Below, piece after piece: positions 1 to 11,609 of a stretch of DNA of 64,000 bases; position 1 is the stretch's first letter, and the number at the start of each line of letters is the position of its first letter. Under the pieces are notes generated by a model, which made no database searches, was not told where the DNA came from, and worked only from the letters and a program-made list of their open reading frames with translations. Position numbers and translations under genes: made by a program. Source of the DNA: Mustelus asterias (lineage: Eukaryota); assembly GCF_964213995.1 (NCBI RefSeq), contig NW_027590388.1:62001-126000 (forward strand), written 5' to 3'.

Positions 1-465
1 TCCTTGCACCCCCTAATCACTTCAGACAGCCTTAATCACTTTAGACTCCAAGCAGGGAAACACAGACAATAGCTCAACTGATTAGATTATGCAAGAAGCT
101 CAAATCACAAAGGGAGCCCTCCAGAAACAGATCAGCCCAGGGGAAATGGGATCAGCTCCACCTATCTATAATGGCTGTTTTAATATCTCGCTATTGTGCC
201 ACTGCTTTGTGTTATGAGCTGGTACTGATCATGTAACTTGTCGTAAATGTTGAACCTATTACCATATGTTTGGCATGAAGTTCAAAACCCTATAAACTGT
301 AAAGCGCATAATGGCCAGGCAGAGCAGTTGACGAGCAGCTGTCTCTCCCCAGGCCTGCGGTTTTGTTATTTTAAACAGAGAATAAAATTTGTGTTGCCTT
401 TTTGTACTGTACTCATGTCTGCTTGTCTTTCATGCTGGTAGGAAGTGAGAAAACTTCCCCTTACA
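1..465 (+). mobile_element. Probable 3' part of an LTR (truncated by the window start)
   Basis: TATA-like CTATAA at ~290, AATAAA at 381, ends ...TTACA at 465. The sequence immediately after (ATAAC...) matches the uninterrupted copy at 34351. Confidence 0.45.
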
Positions 466-1297
466 ATAACCATGACAAATTAAAACTCTCAATTTCATGA
501 GTGAGTTTTATCTGGATTAAAATTCCCACATGTTTAGTAAAATATCCTGGAATCCTGTCTCTGGACAGTAAATATGGCTCCAGGTTCATAACTTTTGAAA
601 AAAAAAGCTTTATTCATTACACTTCCATTTTAAAAATCTGTTTGATTTAAATCACAGACAAAAAACCTCAAAGCTTAAAGCGTTCAACCCACAAATATCA
701 TCCACACACCAACAGAGAAACTTAGCATGTGCTTTACAATAATAACCAAAATTAATTACTTAAGCATTCTTCTGATTCTGTTTTTAAACTCCCAAAAATG
801 CCTTTAATTAAAGACTCAAGGTAAGGTTAATTCCCCAGAAAGATAAACCTTAACAAATGTAGCCCAAAACAATGATAAAACACATCTACAAACATCCACA
901 CAAAAACAAACAAAACACACAGATTCTCACAGCTTGCAAATTTCAAACAATGAATCCTCAGCATTCTCTCTCGCAGCTATAACTTCTTAAAGCGACAGAG
1001 CACTACAAGCTCACAACTCCTTGATTAAAATAAGATGCAAGATCCTTCATTGTAACTTAACCCTTTTTAAGCCAACTTCCAAGGCCTGATTTTATCAGCA
1101 ACATCTAATCTTTGTTAATTTAAAATCCCAAACACGTTACCACCTGCAAACTCTTTGTTCTTTATCTGGTGTTGAGGTGACAACAAAATAAAATTCTCAG
1201 TTATTCCAAATTCCTCCAGGGTATGCTTAAAATTTCCACATTTAACTGGCTCCAATAAATCCACAATTATAAACTAAAATAGACACGAGTTTCTGGG
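466..1297. repeat. AT-rich dispersed repeat/segmental duplicate, copy 1 (copy 2 at 34351-35175)
   Basis: Colinear, highly similar to 34351-35175 by direct comparison; family not recognised. Confidence 0.8.
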
Positions 1298-1319
1298 TGA
1301 TTTAAAAACAAGTTAAAAA

Positions 1320-4030
1320 CAAGATGCCAGAGGAAAGATAGAACAGGAGGAAAGAAAGGAGGGGGAGTTGCACTTTTGATTCAGGAAAACATCACGGCAG
1401 TACTGAGAGGGGATATATCCGAGGGTTCGCCTACTGAGTCAAAAGGGTTGAACTGAGAAAGAAGGGGGAAATCACTTTGATATGGTTGTACTATAGGCCC
1501 CCAAATAGTCGGTGGGAAATTGAGGAGCAAATATGTAAGGAGATTACAGATAGTTCCAAGAAAAATTGGGTGGTAATAGTCGGGGATTTTAACTTTCCCA
1601 ACATTGACTGGGACAGCCATAGTATTAGAGGCTTGGATGGAGAGAAATTTGTTGAGTGTATTCAGGAGGAATTTCTCATTCAGTATGTGGATGGCCCGAC
1701 TAGAGAGGGGCAAAAGTTCACCTCCTCTTGGGAAATAAGGAAGGGCAGGTGATAGAAGTGTGAGTGAGGGATCACTTTGGGACCAGTGACCATAATTCCA
1801 TTAGTTTTAAGATACCTATGGAAAATGATTGGTCAGGTCCAAAAGTTAAAATTCTAAATTAGGGAAAGGCCAATGTTGATGGTATCAGGCAGGAACTTTC
1901 GACAGTTAACTGGGGGAGTCTGTGGGAAGGCAAAGGGACGTCTGGTAAGTGGGAGGCTTTCAAAAGTGTTTTAACCAGGGTTCAGGGTAAGCACATTGCT
2001 CTTAGAGTGATGGGCAAGGCTGGTAGAAGTCGGGAACCCTGGATGACTCGAGATATTGAAGCCCTCGTCAAGAAGAAGGAGGCACATGACATGCATCGGC
2101 AGCTGGGATCAAGTGGATCCCTTGAAGAGTTTCGAGGGTGTAGGAGTAGAATTAAGAGAGAAGTCAGGAGGGCAAAAAGGGGACACGAGATTGTTTTGGC
2201 AGATAAGGCAAAGGAGAATCCAAAGAGGTTCTATAAATACATAAAGTGCCAAAGAGTAACTAGGTAGAGAGTAGGGCCTCTTAAGGATCAACAAGGTCAT
2301 CTATGTGCGGATCCACAAGAGATGGGTGAGATCATAAATGAATATTTTTCATCATTATTTATTGTTGAGAAAAGCATGGATGTTAGGGAACTTGGGGAAA
2401 TAAAGTGATGTCTTGAGAAGTGTACTTATAACAGAGAAGGAGGTGCTGGAAGTCACAAAGCGCATCAAGGTAGATAAATCCCCGGGACCTGATGAAGTGT
2501 ATCCCAGAACACTGTGGGAGGCTAGGGAGGAAATTGCGGGTCTCCTAGCAGAGATATTTGAATCATCGATAGTCACGGGTGAGGTGCCTAAAGATTGGAG
2601 GGTGGCAAATGTGGAGCCTTTGTTTAAAAAGGGCTGCAGGGAAAAGCCTGGGAACTAAAGGGCGGTGTGATTCACATCTGTAAGTTGTCAGAAGGTATTT
2701 GAGAGACAGGATCTACAGGCATTTGGAGACACAAGGACTGATTAGGGACGGTCAGCATGGCTTTGTGAGTGGAAAATCATGTCTCACAAATTTGATTGAG
2801 TTTTTTGAAGGGGTAACCAAGAAGGTAGATCAGGGCAGTACAGGTGATGCTGTCTACGTGGACTTTAGCAAGGCCTTTGACAAGGTACCGCAAGGTAGGT
2901 TGTTGCTTAAGGTTAAATCTAATGAAATCCAGGGTGAGTTAGCCAAATGGATACAAAATTGGCTTGATGACAGAAGACAGAGGGTGGTTGTAGAAGGTTG
3001 TTTTTCAAACTGGAGCCTGTGACCAGCGGTGTGCCTCAAGGATCGGTGCTGGGTCCACTGTTATTTGTCATTTATATTAATGATTTGGATGAGAATGTAG
3101 GAGGCATGGGTAGTAAGTTTTCAGATGACACCAAAGTTGGTGGCATTGTGGACAGTGGAGAAGGCTATCTAGGATTGTAGCGCGATCTTGATCAATTGGG
3201 CCAGTGGGCTGACGAATGGCAGATGGAGTTTAATTTAGATAAATGCAAGGTAATCCATTTTGGGCGATCGAACCAGGACAGGACTTACTCAGTTAATGGT
3301 AGGGTGTTGGGGAGAGTTACAGAACAGAAATCTAGGGGTACAGGTACATAGCTCCTTGAAAATGGAGTTGCAGGTGGACAGAGTGGTGAAGAAGGCATTC
3401 TGCATGTTGGTCAGAACATTGAATACAGGAGTTGGAATGTCTTGTTGAAGTTTTACAAGACATTGGTAAGGCCACACTTGGAATACTGTGTACAGTTCTG
3501 GTCACCCTATGATAGAAAGGATATTATTAAACTAGAAAGACTGCAGAAAAGATTTACTGGGATGCTACCGGGACTTGATGATTTGAGTTATAAAGAGAGG
3601 CTGGATAGACTGGGACTTTTTTCCCTGGAATGTAGGAGGCTTAGGGGTGAACTTATAGAGGTCTATAAAATAATGAGGGGCATAGATCAGCTAGATAGTC
3701 AATATCTTTTCCCAAAGGTAGGGGAGTCTAAAACTAGAGGGCATAGGTTTAAGGTGAGAGGGGAGAGATACAGAAGGGTCCAGAGGGGCACTTGTTTCAC
3801 ACAGAGGGTGGTGAGTGTCTGGAAAAAGGTGCCAGAGGTAGTAGTAGAGGCAGGTACAATTTTGTCTTTTAAAAAGCGTTTAGACAGTTACATGGGTAAG
3901 ATGGGTGTCGAGGGATATGGGCCAAACGTGGACAATTGGGATGAGCACAGGGGTTAAAAAAGGGGCGGCATGGACAAGTTGGGCTGAAGGGCCCGTTTCC
4001 AAGCTGGAAACCTCTATGACTCCATGACTA
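1320..4030 (+). mobile_element. CR1-clade LINE, ORF2 (APE endonuclease + RT), decayed and 5' truncated
   Basis: Motifs [63 protein letters not shown] and LVRPHLEYCVQFWSP in broken frames; short repeat tail CTCTATGACTCCATGACT. Confidence 0.92.
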
Positions 4031-4419
4031 AATCAACTGTCTGCTGAAAGGGTTAACTTTTCTACAGAACCGAAAGGGGTGGGGAGTGAGAAGAAACTTG
4101 GCACACAGTTACATCACTTTACATAATTTTTAAAAACTTCTCTAACAACAAAACAAAGTTGATTTTAAACTTTATCTATGAATTCTTTTGTTCTCTTCCT
4201 CAACCTAATTATTTTAATTTGTTCAGTTTTTGTTAGGGATGGGTAACTTCTGTTCTTTATAAACTGGTTCACTCATTTTGTTAATTCTACATGGGCTCGG
4301 AGAATCAGAACCCAGACTTTATCATCCTGATCCTTTTTCTCCTTCTGCCACCACTCCCTCTGTTTTGAAGGAGGGTCATGGGGATTCCAATCAGAACTAA
4401 TCATTTCATCAGAAGAGTA

Positions 4420-4590
4420 AAATACTGCAGATACCGGAATCTGAAACAAAAACACAAAATGCTGGAAAATCTCAGTAGGTCTGACAGCACCTGTGAAGAA
4501 TGGAGCCAAGGTTTCGATAATGGATGACCCTTCATAACAGCTCTCATGAAGTATCATTCAGACTCAAAATGTTGGCTCTGTTCTCTAATC
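4420..4590. repeat. Short dispersed repeat (AATGCTGGAAAATCTCAG..GGTCTG family)
   Basis: Related copies at ~6790-6880, ~16140-16230, ~31020-31075 and 41611-41800. Confidence 0.6.
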
Positions 4591-4619
4591 ATTTTATCGA
4601 TACATTTCTTGTTCTTAGT

Positions 4620-4897
4620 TTGAGGTTTAAAGTGAGAGGGGAGAGATACAAAAGGGTCCAGAGGGGCAGTTTTTCACTCAGGTCGTGGTGAGTGTCTGGA
4701 ACGAGTTGCCAGAGGCAGTGGTAGAGGTGGGTACAATACTGTCTTTTCAAAAGCATTTAGACAGTTACACGGGTAAGATGGGTATAGAGGGATATGGGCA
4801 AAATACGGGCAATTGGGACTAGCTTAGTGGTAAAAACTGAGCGGAATGGACAAGTTGGGCTGAAGGGCCTGTTTCCATGTTGTAAACCTCTATAACT
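4620..4897 (+). mobile_element. CR1 3'-end fragment
   Basis: Near-copy of 3745-4020 (GGTTTAA.GTGAGAGGGGAGAGATACA...GAAGGGCC.GTTTCC). Confidence 0.85.
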
Positions 4898-5122
4898 TCC
4901 TAACACCCTGTCACTCTGTGATCCGTGTGAAATCTAAAAACCAGGTATTCGCAACAAGACTCAAAGAGCATCAGCCCACTGGAGGCAAAGTCATGAGACC
5001 GGCCAGTCCAGCAGAAAGAAACCCTCCGACCCTCCCCATTGACCAACTGTGAGAATGAACAAAATGCAGTCCTGGATGTAATTGAGAGCAGAAACAATAA
5101 CAGCAGAATCCAACCTCTGGAA

Positions 5123-6301
5123 TCACTCGTGAACTCGCTGGTGTCTCAGCAGGTGGGATGAAACTCTGAATCCCTTCCCACACTGAGAGCAGGTGAATGG
5201 CCTCTCCCCAGTGTGAACTCGCTGGTGTGTCTGCAAGTTGGATGACTGAGTGAATCCCTTCCCACACTGAGAACAGTTGAATGGTCTCTCCCCAGTGTGA
5301 ACTCGCTGGTGTCTCTGCAGGTGGGATGACTGAGTGAATCCCTTCCCACACTGAGAGCAGGTGAACGGCCTCTCCCCTGTGTGAACTCGCTGGTGTGTCC
5401 GCAGATCAGATGAGTTAGTGAATCCCTTCCCACACTGAGAGCAGATGAATGGTTTCTCCCCAGTGTGAACTCGCTGGTGTATTCGCAGGCTGGATAACAG
5501 AATGAATCCCTTCCCACACTGAGAGCAGGTGAACGGCCTCTCCCTTGTGTGACGTAGCTGGTGTCTCTGCAGGTCGGCTGACTGAGTGAATCTCTTCCCA
5601 CACTGAGAGCAGGTGAACGGTCTCTCCCCAGTGTGAACTCGTTCGTGTGTCCGCAGGATGGATGAGTTCGTGAATCCCTTCCCACACTGAGAACAGTTGA
5701 ATGGCCTCTCCCCAGTGTGAACTCGTTGGTGTCTCTGCAGGAGGGATAACAGAATGAATCCCTTCCCACACTGAGAGCAGGTGAACGGCCTCTCTCCTGT
5801 GTGAACTTGCTGGTGTTTCTGCAAGCTGGATAACTGAATGAATCCCTTCCCACACTGAGAGCAGGTGAATGGTTTCTCCCCAGTGTGAACTCGCTGGTGT
5901 ATCCGCAGGCTGGATAACAGAATGAATCCTTTCCCACACTGAGAGCAGGTGAATGGCCTCTCCCCAGTGTGAACTCGTTCATGTGTCCGCAGGGTGGATA
6001 ATTGAGTGAATCCCTTCCCACACTGAGAGCAGGTGAACGGCCTCTCCCCAGTGTGAACTCGCTGGTGTCTCTGCAGGTCGGATAACTGACTGAATCCCTT
6101 CTCACATTGAGAGCAGGAAAATGGCCTCTCTCCAGTGTGAACTCGCTGGTGTCTCTGCAGGAGGGATAATCGAGTGAATCCCTTCCCACATTGAGAGCAG
6201 GTGAATGGTCTCTCCCCAGTGTGGCTGCGTCGATGAGCTTCCAGCTTAGATGGGGCTCTGTATCCCTTCCCACAGTCCCCACATTTCCATGGTTTCTCCA
6301 T
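5123..6301 (-). CDS. Tandem C2H2 zinc-finger protein A, 14 fingers, 392 aa from ATG (MEKPWKC...)
   Basis: 14 CxxC-x12-HxxxH units with TGERPF linkers; ACCATGG Kozak context at 6301; splice acceptor TTTTACAG at ~6655 on the minus strand. Confidence 0.9.
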   Translation of the reverse strand: MEKPWKCGDCGKGYRAPSKLEAHRRSHTGERPFTCSQCGKGFTRLSLLQRHQRVHTGERPFSCSQCEKGFSQLSDLQRHQRVHTGERPFTCSQCGKGFTQLSTLRTHERVHTGERPFTCSQCGKGFILLSSLRIHQRVHTGEKPFTCSQCGKGFIQLSSLQKHQQVHTGERPFTCSQCGKGFILLSLLQRHQRVHTGERPFNCSQCGKGFTNSSILRTHERVHTGERPFTCSQCGKRFTQSADLQRHQLRHTRERPFTCSQCGKGFILLSSLRIHQRVHTGEKPFICSQCGKGFTNSSDLRTHQRVHTGERPFTCSQCGKGFTQSSHLQRHQRVHTGERPFNCSQCGKGFTQSSNLQTHQRVHTGERPFTCSQCGKGFRVSSHLLRHQRVHE

Positions 6302-7217
6302 GGTGCAGGTGTCCTTACCTCTCTCTTGACTGGACAATTAGTTGAAACTTCGCCCACACTCAGAACAAGATTACAGTCTCTCCCCGCTGTGAATGGTGTG
6401 ATATTTATTCAGACTGTGTAACTGGTTAAAGCTCTTTAGTCAGTGCATTGGAACACTCTCATTCAAGTGTGGCAGTGTGTTGATGCTTTTTCACTCACAC
6501 TGACATTTCAAATCTTTTCAAATCGACAGACTGGACAATCATTTCTCCTTCTGGATTCAAAGTCCGATGATATTGAGGTCCCAAGGAATATGACTCTGTC
6601 ACGTCTAGACATGACGTTTGAGATTTCGGCCTGTGATTCCTCTTTCAATATCCTGTAAAACGAGTTTACAAAAGTCATCAGTGTCAGTACAGCATAGAAA
6701 TTCAGAACAGACAATTTCTATGGAACATTCTTGCCTCTCTCATTCCCCAAAAGCTGTAAATCTCCATCCCACACACTGTCTCCCCATTCTCAGCAGGTCT
6801 GGCAGCATCTGTATGGAGAGAAAAGAACTGATGTTTCAGAGCTTTGACAAAGGGTCATCGAGACAAGAAACATCAGCTCTTGATGTAGGAAGAGAGATTC
6901 CTATTCGCTGATTCAGGCAGGCTCCATTGTGACGTCACAATGCGGAAGTTGTCCAATGAGCTTCAGATTGAAACTTCCTCTTCTGGACAACATCTGGGAG
7001 GAAATCAATGTTTCCCCCTTTCCATTTCTTTTCTCATTCTGGGGAAATTGGGGACTTGCAGCAACTGAAGGGAGTGAAGTGAATTCGGTCTGTATATTCC
7101 ACACATTTTTACTCCAGTAATGTAGACATTTATTTGTCTGGCAGCCTGCATGGAAATTTTCAGCTCTCTGCATCCAGGGCAAGAAGCAGTGAGCATGGAT
7201 CTGTCAATCACACATGA

Positions 7218-7580
7218 GGACGGCCTCAACCGGGATCTTGGGTTCATGTCACACTATCTGTAACTCACACTGTCTGTAACCCCCACAAATTGCCTGGGCT
7301 TGCAAAATCTCACTAACTGTCCTGGCTGGAGACAATACACATCTCTTTAACCTGTGCTTCACCCTCTCTCCACTCACATTGTCTGTACCTTTAAGACTTG
7401 ATTACCTGTAAAGACTCACATTCCAACCATTATTTTGTAAATTGAGTTTGTGTCTCTGTGCCCTGTTTGTGAATAGAACTCCCACTCACCTGATGAAGAG
7501 CAGCGCTCCAAAATCCTGTGGCTTATGCCAGCAAATTAACCTGTTGGATTTTAACCTGGTGTTGTGAGATTACTTACTGT
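7218..7580 (+). mobile_element. Penelope-like element 3' end / pLTR with degenerate hammerhead
   Basis: Matches the reverse complement of 14170-14520; CTGATGA..GCTCC core at ~7490 with GAAA mutated. Confidence 0.75.
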
Positions 7581-7719
7581 CTGAGGCTGAAACAGGCTGT
7601 TCACAACCAGGGTGAAATAGTTCATCCCAATATGAGCTTCCAACCACGTCCACATCATCATCAAGACCACCTTCATTCAAAGTAATTAATTAATTAACAG
7701 TAATGAATCATAAAATACA

Positions 7720-8005
7720 TTGTAGGAGGAGGCCATTCAGCCCATCGAGCCTGCACCGACAACAATCCCATCCAGGCCCTATCCACATATTTACCTGTTA
7801 ATCCCCCTGATGCCAAGGGTTAATTTATCATGGCCAATCTGTCTAACCTGCACATCTTTGGACTGTGGAAGGAAACCGGAACACCCGGAGGAAACCCACC
7901 CAGACACGGGGAGAATGTAGAAACTCTGCACAGACAGCGACCCGAGGCTGGAATTGAACCCGGGTCCCTGGCGCTGTTAGGCAGCTGCGCTAACCACTGC
8001 GCCAC
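7720..8005 (-). mobile_element. tRNA-derived V-SINE (HE1-like)
   Basis: On the minus strand: A-box GGTGGCGCAGTGGTTAGC, B-box GGTTCAATTCC and the V-domain core GGGTTTCCTCCGGGTG.TCCGGTTTCCT.CCACAGTCCAAAG. Confidence 0.85.
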
Positions 8006-8063
8006 CGGGTCACATGTCAGTGCCATCGCCCGACTCCAGCCCAGTGTCAGCTCATCTGGAACC

Positions 8064-8227
8064 CTCACCCATTCCATTGTGACATCACACTCTCACCCAT
8101 TCCATTGTGACGTCACACTCTCACCCATTCCATTGTGACATCACACTCTCACCCATTCCATTGTGACCTCACACTCCCACCCATTCCATTGTGACCTCAC
8201 ACTCTCACCCATTCCATTGTGACGTCA
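8064..8227. repeat. 28-bp minisatellite, 6 copies (CTCACCCATTCCATTGTGACNTCACACT)
   Basis: CATTGT recurs at 8075, 8103, 8131, 8159, 8187 and 8215. Confidence 0.95.
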
Positions 8228-8439
8228 GGGCTTCACTCTCCGATCACAACCCCTGCCGGCCTCCCACATGCAGCCTCAATGGCGGCAGTCAGCCCGGGTC
8301 TAACACTACAAGCTGCCGCTCCATTTGGTACAAAGGGGGGGAACCGGGAAGTTCATTTCCGGGGTTTGGGGTTGAACAACATGTTTACAAAGTCTCTCCA
8401 CCCACCCGCCACATTTATCATTCCTCGCACGCCGCCCTC

Positions 8440-8760
8440 TACCTCGTATTGATCTCGCTACCGAGTTAAAACCGTCCATCCGTCGTCATTACCCGCACTG
8501 CGCATGCTACAGGCCCCGCCTCTCATTCACTCCGATTGGTTGGAGGACCAGCCGCTCCCGCTCGGTCCTCCAGTCCGGCCCCCTCTTCCTATTGGTCCGG
8601 AGCTGCCGTCAATCAGTCCCCGGGCATTGTGATGTGGAGCATGCGCAGTGTCATTGCTGGCCTTGGCGCTTGTTTGTCCCGGAGAAGCGGAGTCAGCGTT
8701 AGGCGGTGGCTGGGAGGATTTGGAAACACTTTGTGGATCCGCAAACCCTTCAGAATCATT
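8440..8760. promoter_or_regulatory. Putative bidirectional CpG-rich promoter for ZNF A (-) and ZNF B (+)
   Basis: Lies between divergent genes; NRF1-like ACTGCGCATGCT (~8497) and AGCATGCGCAGT (~8638), GC box CCCCGCC, two ATTGG (CCAAT) boxes. Confidence 0.7.
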
Positions 8761-9638
8761 GTCAGCTCCCTGGTTTGCAGCTGCGGGGCTTCTCCCTCCC
8801 TCCCTCCCGGGAACAGGCCCAGGTTAACGGCCCCATCCTGGCTCAGCCACTGGAGGATGGTTCACATCAGAGGATGGGGGAGGGGGACAATAAATAAGAG
8901 GTTACACTTTGGCCTCAAATCAATGAGGACTCTGATCTCTGGGAAGGAAGGAAACCCTGGGAGGTGGGCGGGGAGGATTCACAAACACCCGCTGGAGGCC
9001 CCAACACCCCCAATAAGACCCATTGTTTTTATTGTCAGTCTGCAGACAGGAGCTGGAGAACTGAACCCAGACAGAGGAGAGGGAGGGAGAAAACTGGGAG
9101 TGGAGGAAAGAAATGGTGAGATGGGTTTGGATTTCAGCGCAGGGAGGAGGGAGAGTGTGTGGGACGGAGATTTACAGATTTGGGGGAACAAGAAAGGAAA
9201 AAATGTTCCAGAAAGACTAGAATTGTTCAGAGTTTCTATCCTGTTCTGACAGTGATGACTTTTCTAAACTGTTTTTACAGGATATTCAAAGTGAAGGAAT
9301 GGCAGACAGAAAACTCAAACCGAACATCACATCTGACAAAGTCATTCAGTTCCTTCGGAGCTGAATATGATCGGTCTTTGAATATGGAAGGAGCAATATT
9401 TGTCTGTTCTGCCTGTGGGCAAAGAAATTAAACATCAGTGTGACCAGAAAAGCAGCAGGACAAACACACACCCGAGTGAGAGTGTTCCAGTGAACCGACT
9501 GTGGAAAGAGCTTTAACCAGTTACACAGCCTGAAAAAAAATCACAGTTCACAGCAGGGTGAAACTACGTGTATGTTGTGTGTGTGGATGAGGCTTGAACT
9601 GATCATCCAACCTGGAGAAACACAAGGGCACCAGCACC

Positions 9639-10703
9639 ATGGAGAAACCGTGGAAATGTGTGGATTGTGGGAAGGGATTCGGTTTCCCATCACAACTGGA
9701 AGTTCATCGGCGCAGTCACACTGGGGAGAGACTGTTCACCTGCTCTGTTTGTGGGAAGGGATTCACCCATTCATACAACCTTCTGACTCACCAACGGGTT
9801 CACACTGGGGAGAGGCCGTTCACCTGCCCTGTGTGTGGGAAGGGATTCACTCGCTCATCCCACATTGTGACACACCAACTTGTTCACACTGATGAGAGAC
9901 TGTTTACATGTTCTGACTGTGAGAAGAGTTTTAAATGCAAAAAGGATCTGCTGATGCACCAACGTATTCACACTGGGGAGAGACCGTTCACCTGCTCTGT
10001 GTGTGGGAAAGGATTCATTCAGTCATCCCACCTGCAGACACATCAACTTGTTCACTCTGATAACAAACTTTTTCATTGTTCTAACTGTGAGAAGAGCTTT
10101 AAAAACAAAAAGGATCTGCTAACGCACCAATATGCTCACACTGGGGAGAGGCCATTCACCTGCTGTGTGTGTGGGAAGGGATTCAGCCGTCCATCTGCCC
10201 TACTGAATCACCAGAGAATTCACACTGGGGAGAGGCCCTTCACCTGCTCCGACTGTGGGAAGGGATTTATTAATTCATCCAACCTTCTGATACACCAGCA
10301 ACTCCACACAGGGGATCGACCGTTCACCTGCTCTGAATGTGGGAAGGGATTCACCCGTTCATACAACCTTCTGACACACCAGCAGGTTCACAGTGAGGAG
10401 AGGCCATTCACTTGCTCCGTGTGTGAGAAGGGATTCACTCGTTCATCCAACCTATTGAATCACCAGCGAGTTCACACTGGGGAGAGGCCGTTCCCCTGCT
10501 CTGTCTGTGGGAAGGGATTTTCTCATTTATCTTATCTTCTGAAACACCAGCGAGTTCACACTGGGGAGAGGCCGTTCACCTGTAATGTCTGTGGAAAGGG
10601 ATTTGTTCAGTCATCCCACCTGCTAACACACCGGCGAGTTCACAAGGGACTGCAAGGTTTGGATTCTACACTTATTGATCCTGTTAATCATATCCAGGTC
10701 TGA
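9639..10703 (+). CDS. Tandem C2H2 zinc-finger protein B, 12 fingers plus 18-aa tail, 354 aa
   Basis: ACCATGG start, MEKPWKC, 12 intact fingers; acceptor TTTTTACAG at ~9280. Confidence 0.9.
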   Translation: MEKPWKCVDCGKGFGFPSQLEVHRRSHTGERLFTCSVCGKGFTHSYNLLTHQRVHTGERPFTCPVCGKGFTRSSHIVTHQLVHTDERLFTCSDCEKSFKCKKDLLMHQRIHTGERPFTCSVCGKGFIQSSHLQTHQLVHSDNKLFHCSNCEKSFKNKKDLLTHQYAHTGERPFTCCVCGKGFSRPSALLNHQRIHTGERPFTCSDCGKGFINSSNLLIHQQLHTGDRPFTCSECGKGFTRSYNLLTHQQVHSEERPFTCSVCEKGFTRSSNLLNHQRVHTGERPFPCSVCGKGFSHLSYLLKHQRVHTGERPFTCNVCGKGFVQSSHLLTHRRVHKGLQGLDSTLIDPVNHIQV

Positions 10704-11609
10704 ATCATGTTCACTCTGACTTTTTTCTTCTGTTGAGGTTTGATATTCTGAATAAATGTGAAATAGACATTTGATTGAATCATTGTTGTAGATTTTTGTC
10801 TTTTCCATTTGAGTGTTTAACGTCACCAGGCTGGAGCTCAGAAAGGGCAATCTGAGGGAGGATCATACAGTAGGAACAGAACTTCATTCTTGACCCAGTC
10901 CTTCAGGGTCTCGCTGAGAGGGACAAACAGCACTTTGGTCTTTTTCATCACTTTTCACTGACAGCAAAGTCCCCGTGTGGGTGAATCCTGAGGTGTGTAA
11001 GAAATGTGTCCCAGTCGTTCTTTTCCATGGTTCAGAGCTCCTAGACACGGAAAAGAAGCTCCTTTACAACTGTGTTTAGAGTCAGGAAGAACAATGGTGA
11101 ATGCTGGAAACGTGCTGTCAAAGATTGGTGTAAAACTGGGATCTATTCCTGACTGAGAGTGAAACGGCAGGTTTAGGTTTCCAGACTTAGAATGAAAAAA
11201 AGTCTAAAACATTTTAATGTGTGTGTGTCAGTCCTGGTTTATTGAACAGAAACTGGCGTCAAATAAATTGGTTGAAGTCTGCATCAAAGTAGCAGCTGGA
11301 GAAGTTCAAAGGAGCCTGTTAACTGCTGGGACAATTAGACAACAATTTGATTCCCAGATAGAGAAGGAGCTGCAGTGTGTGTCCAAGAATTCTCAGTTTT
11401 GTTGTGTGCTTCCCACACACTATCCTTTTAAATAAACCTCACTCCTATCAGCCTTTAACCATTATGAACAGAACAGAGAGAAGCTGAGCAGCAACAGAGC
11501 CCTGACTGACCATTTAAGAATGAGTGATGTGTTCAGCTGAAGTTTCCTGTTGGTAGTTTTCTGGGTGATCTCCTTATTTTGATCATTCTCAGTGACCCCT
11601 GGGTGTGAA

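Noticed and set aside
5146-6357. 403-aa overlapping ORF and similar alternative-frame ORFs (GRDSL.., MWEGIHSV..) over the finger arrays
   Set aside because: Expected shadow frames of repetitive 84-bp C2H2 units; no independent evidence of coding.
8064-8227. CRISPR-like appearance of the 28-bp repeats
   Set aside because: Head-to-tail units with no unique spacers, no cas genes, and a vertebrate context.
8536-9249. 237-aa ORF duplicated at 42889-43449
   Set aside because: Non-ATG start, no recognisable domain, spans GC-rich promoter/intron sequence; the similarity reflects recent duplication.
9491-9493. TGA at a zinc-ligand Cys position (also 62725) as selenocysteine
   Set aside because: Embedded among TAA stops and frameshifts, and no SECIS identified by eye; kept only as a shared lesion.
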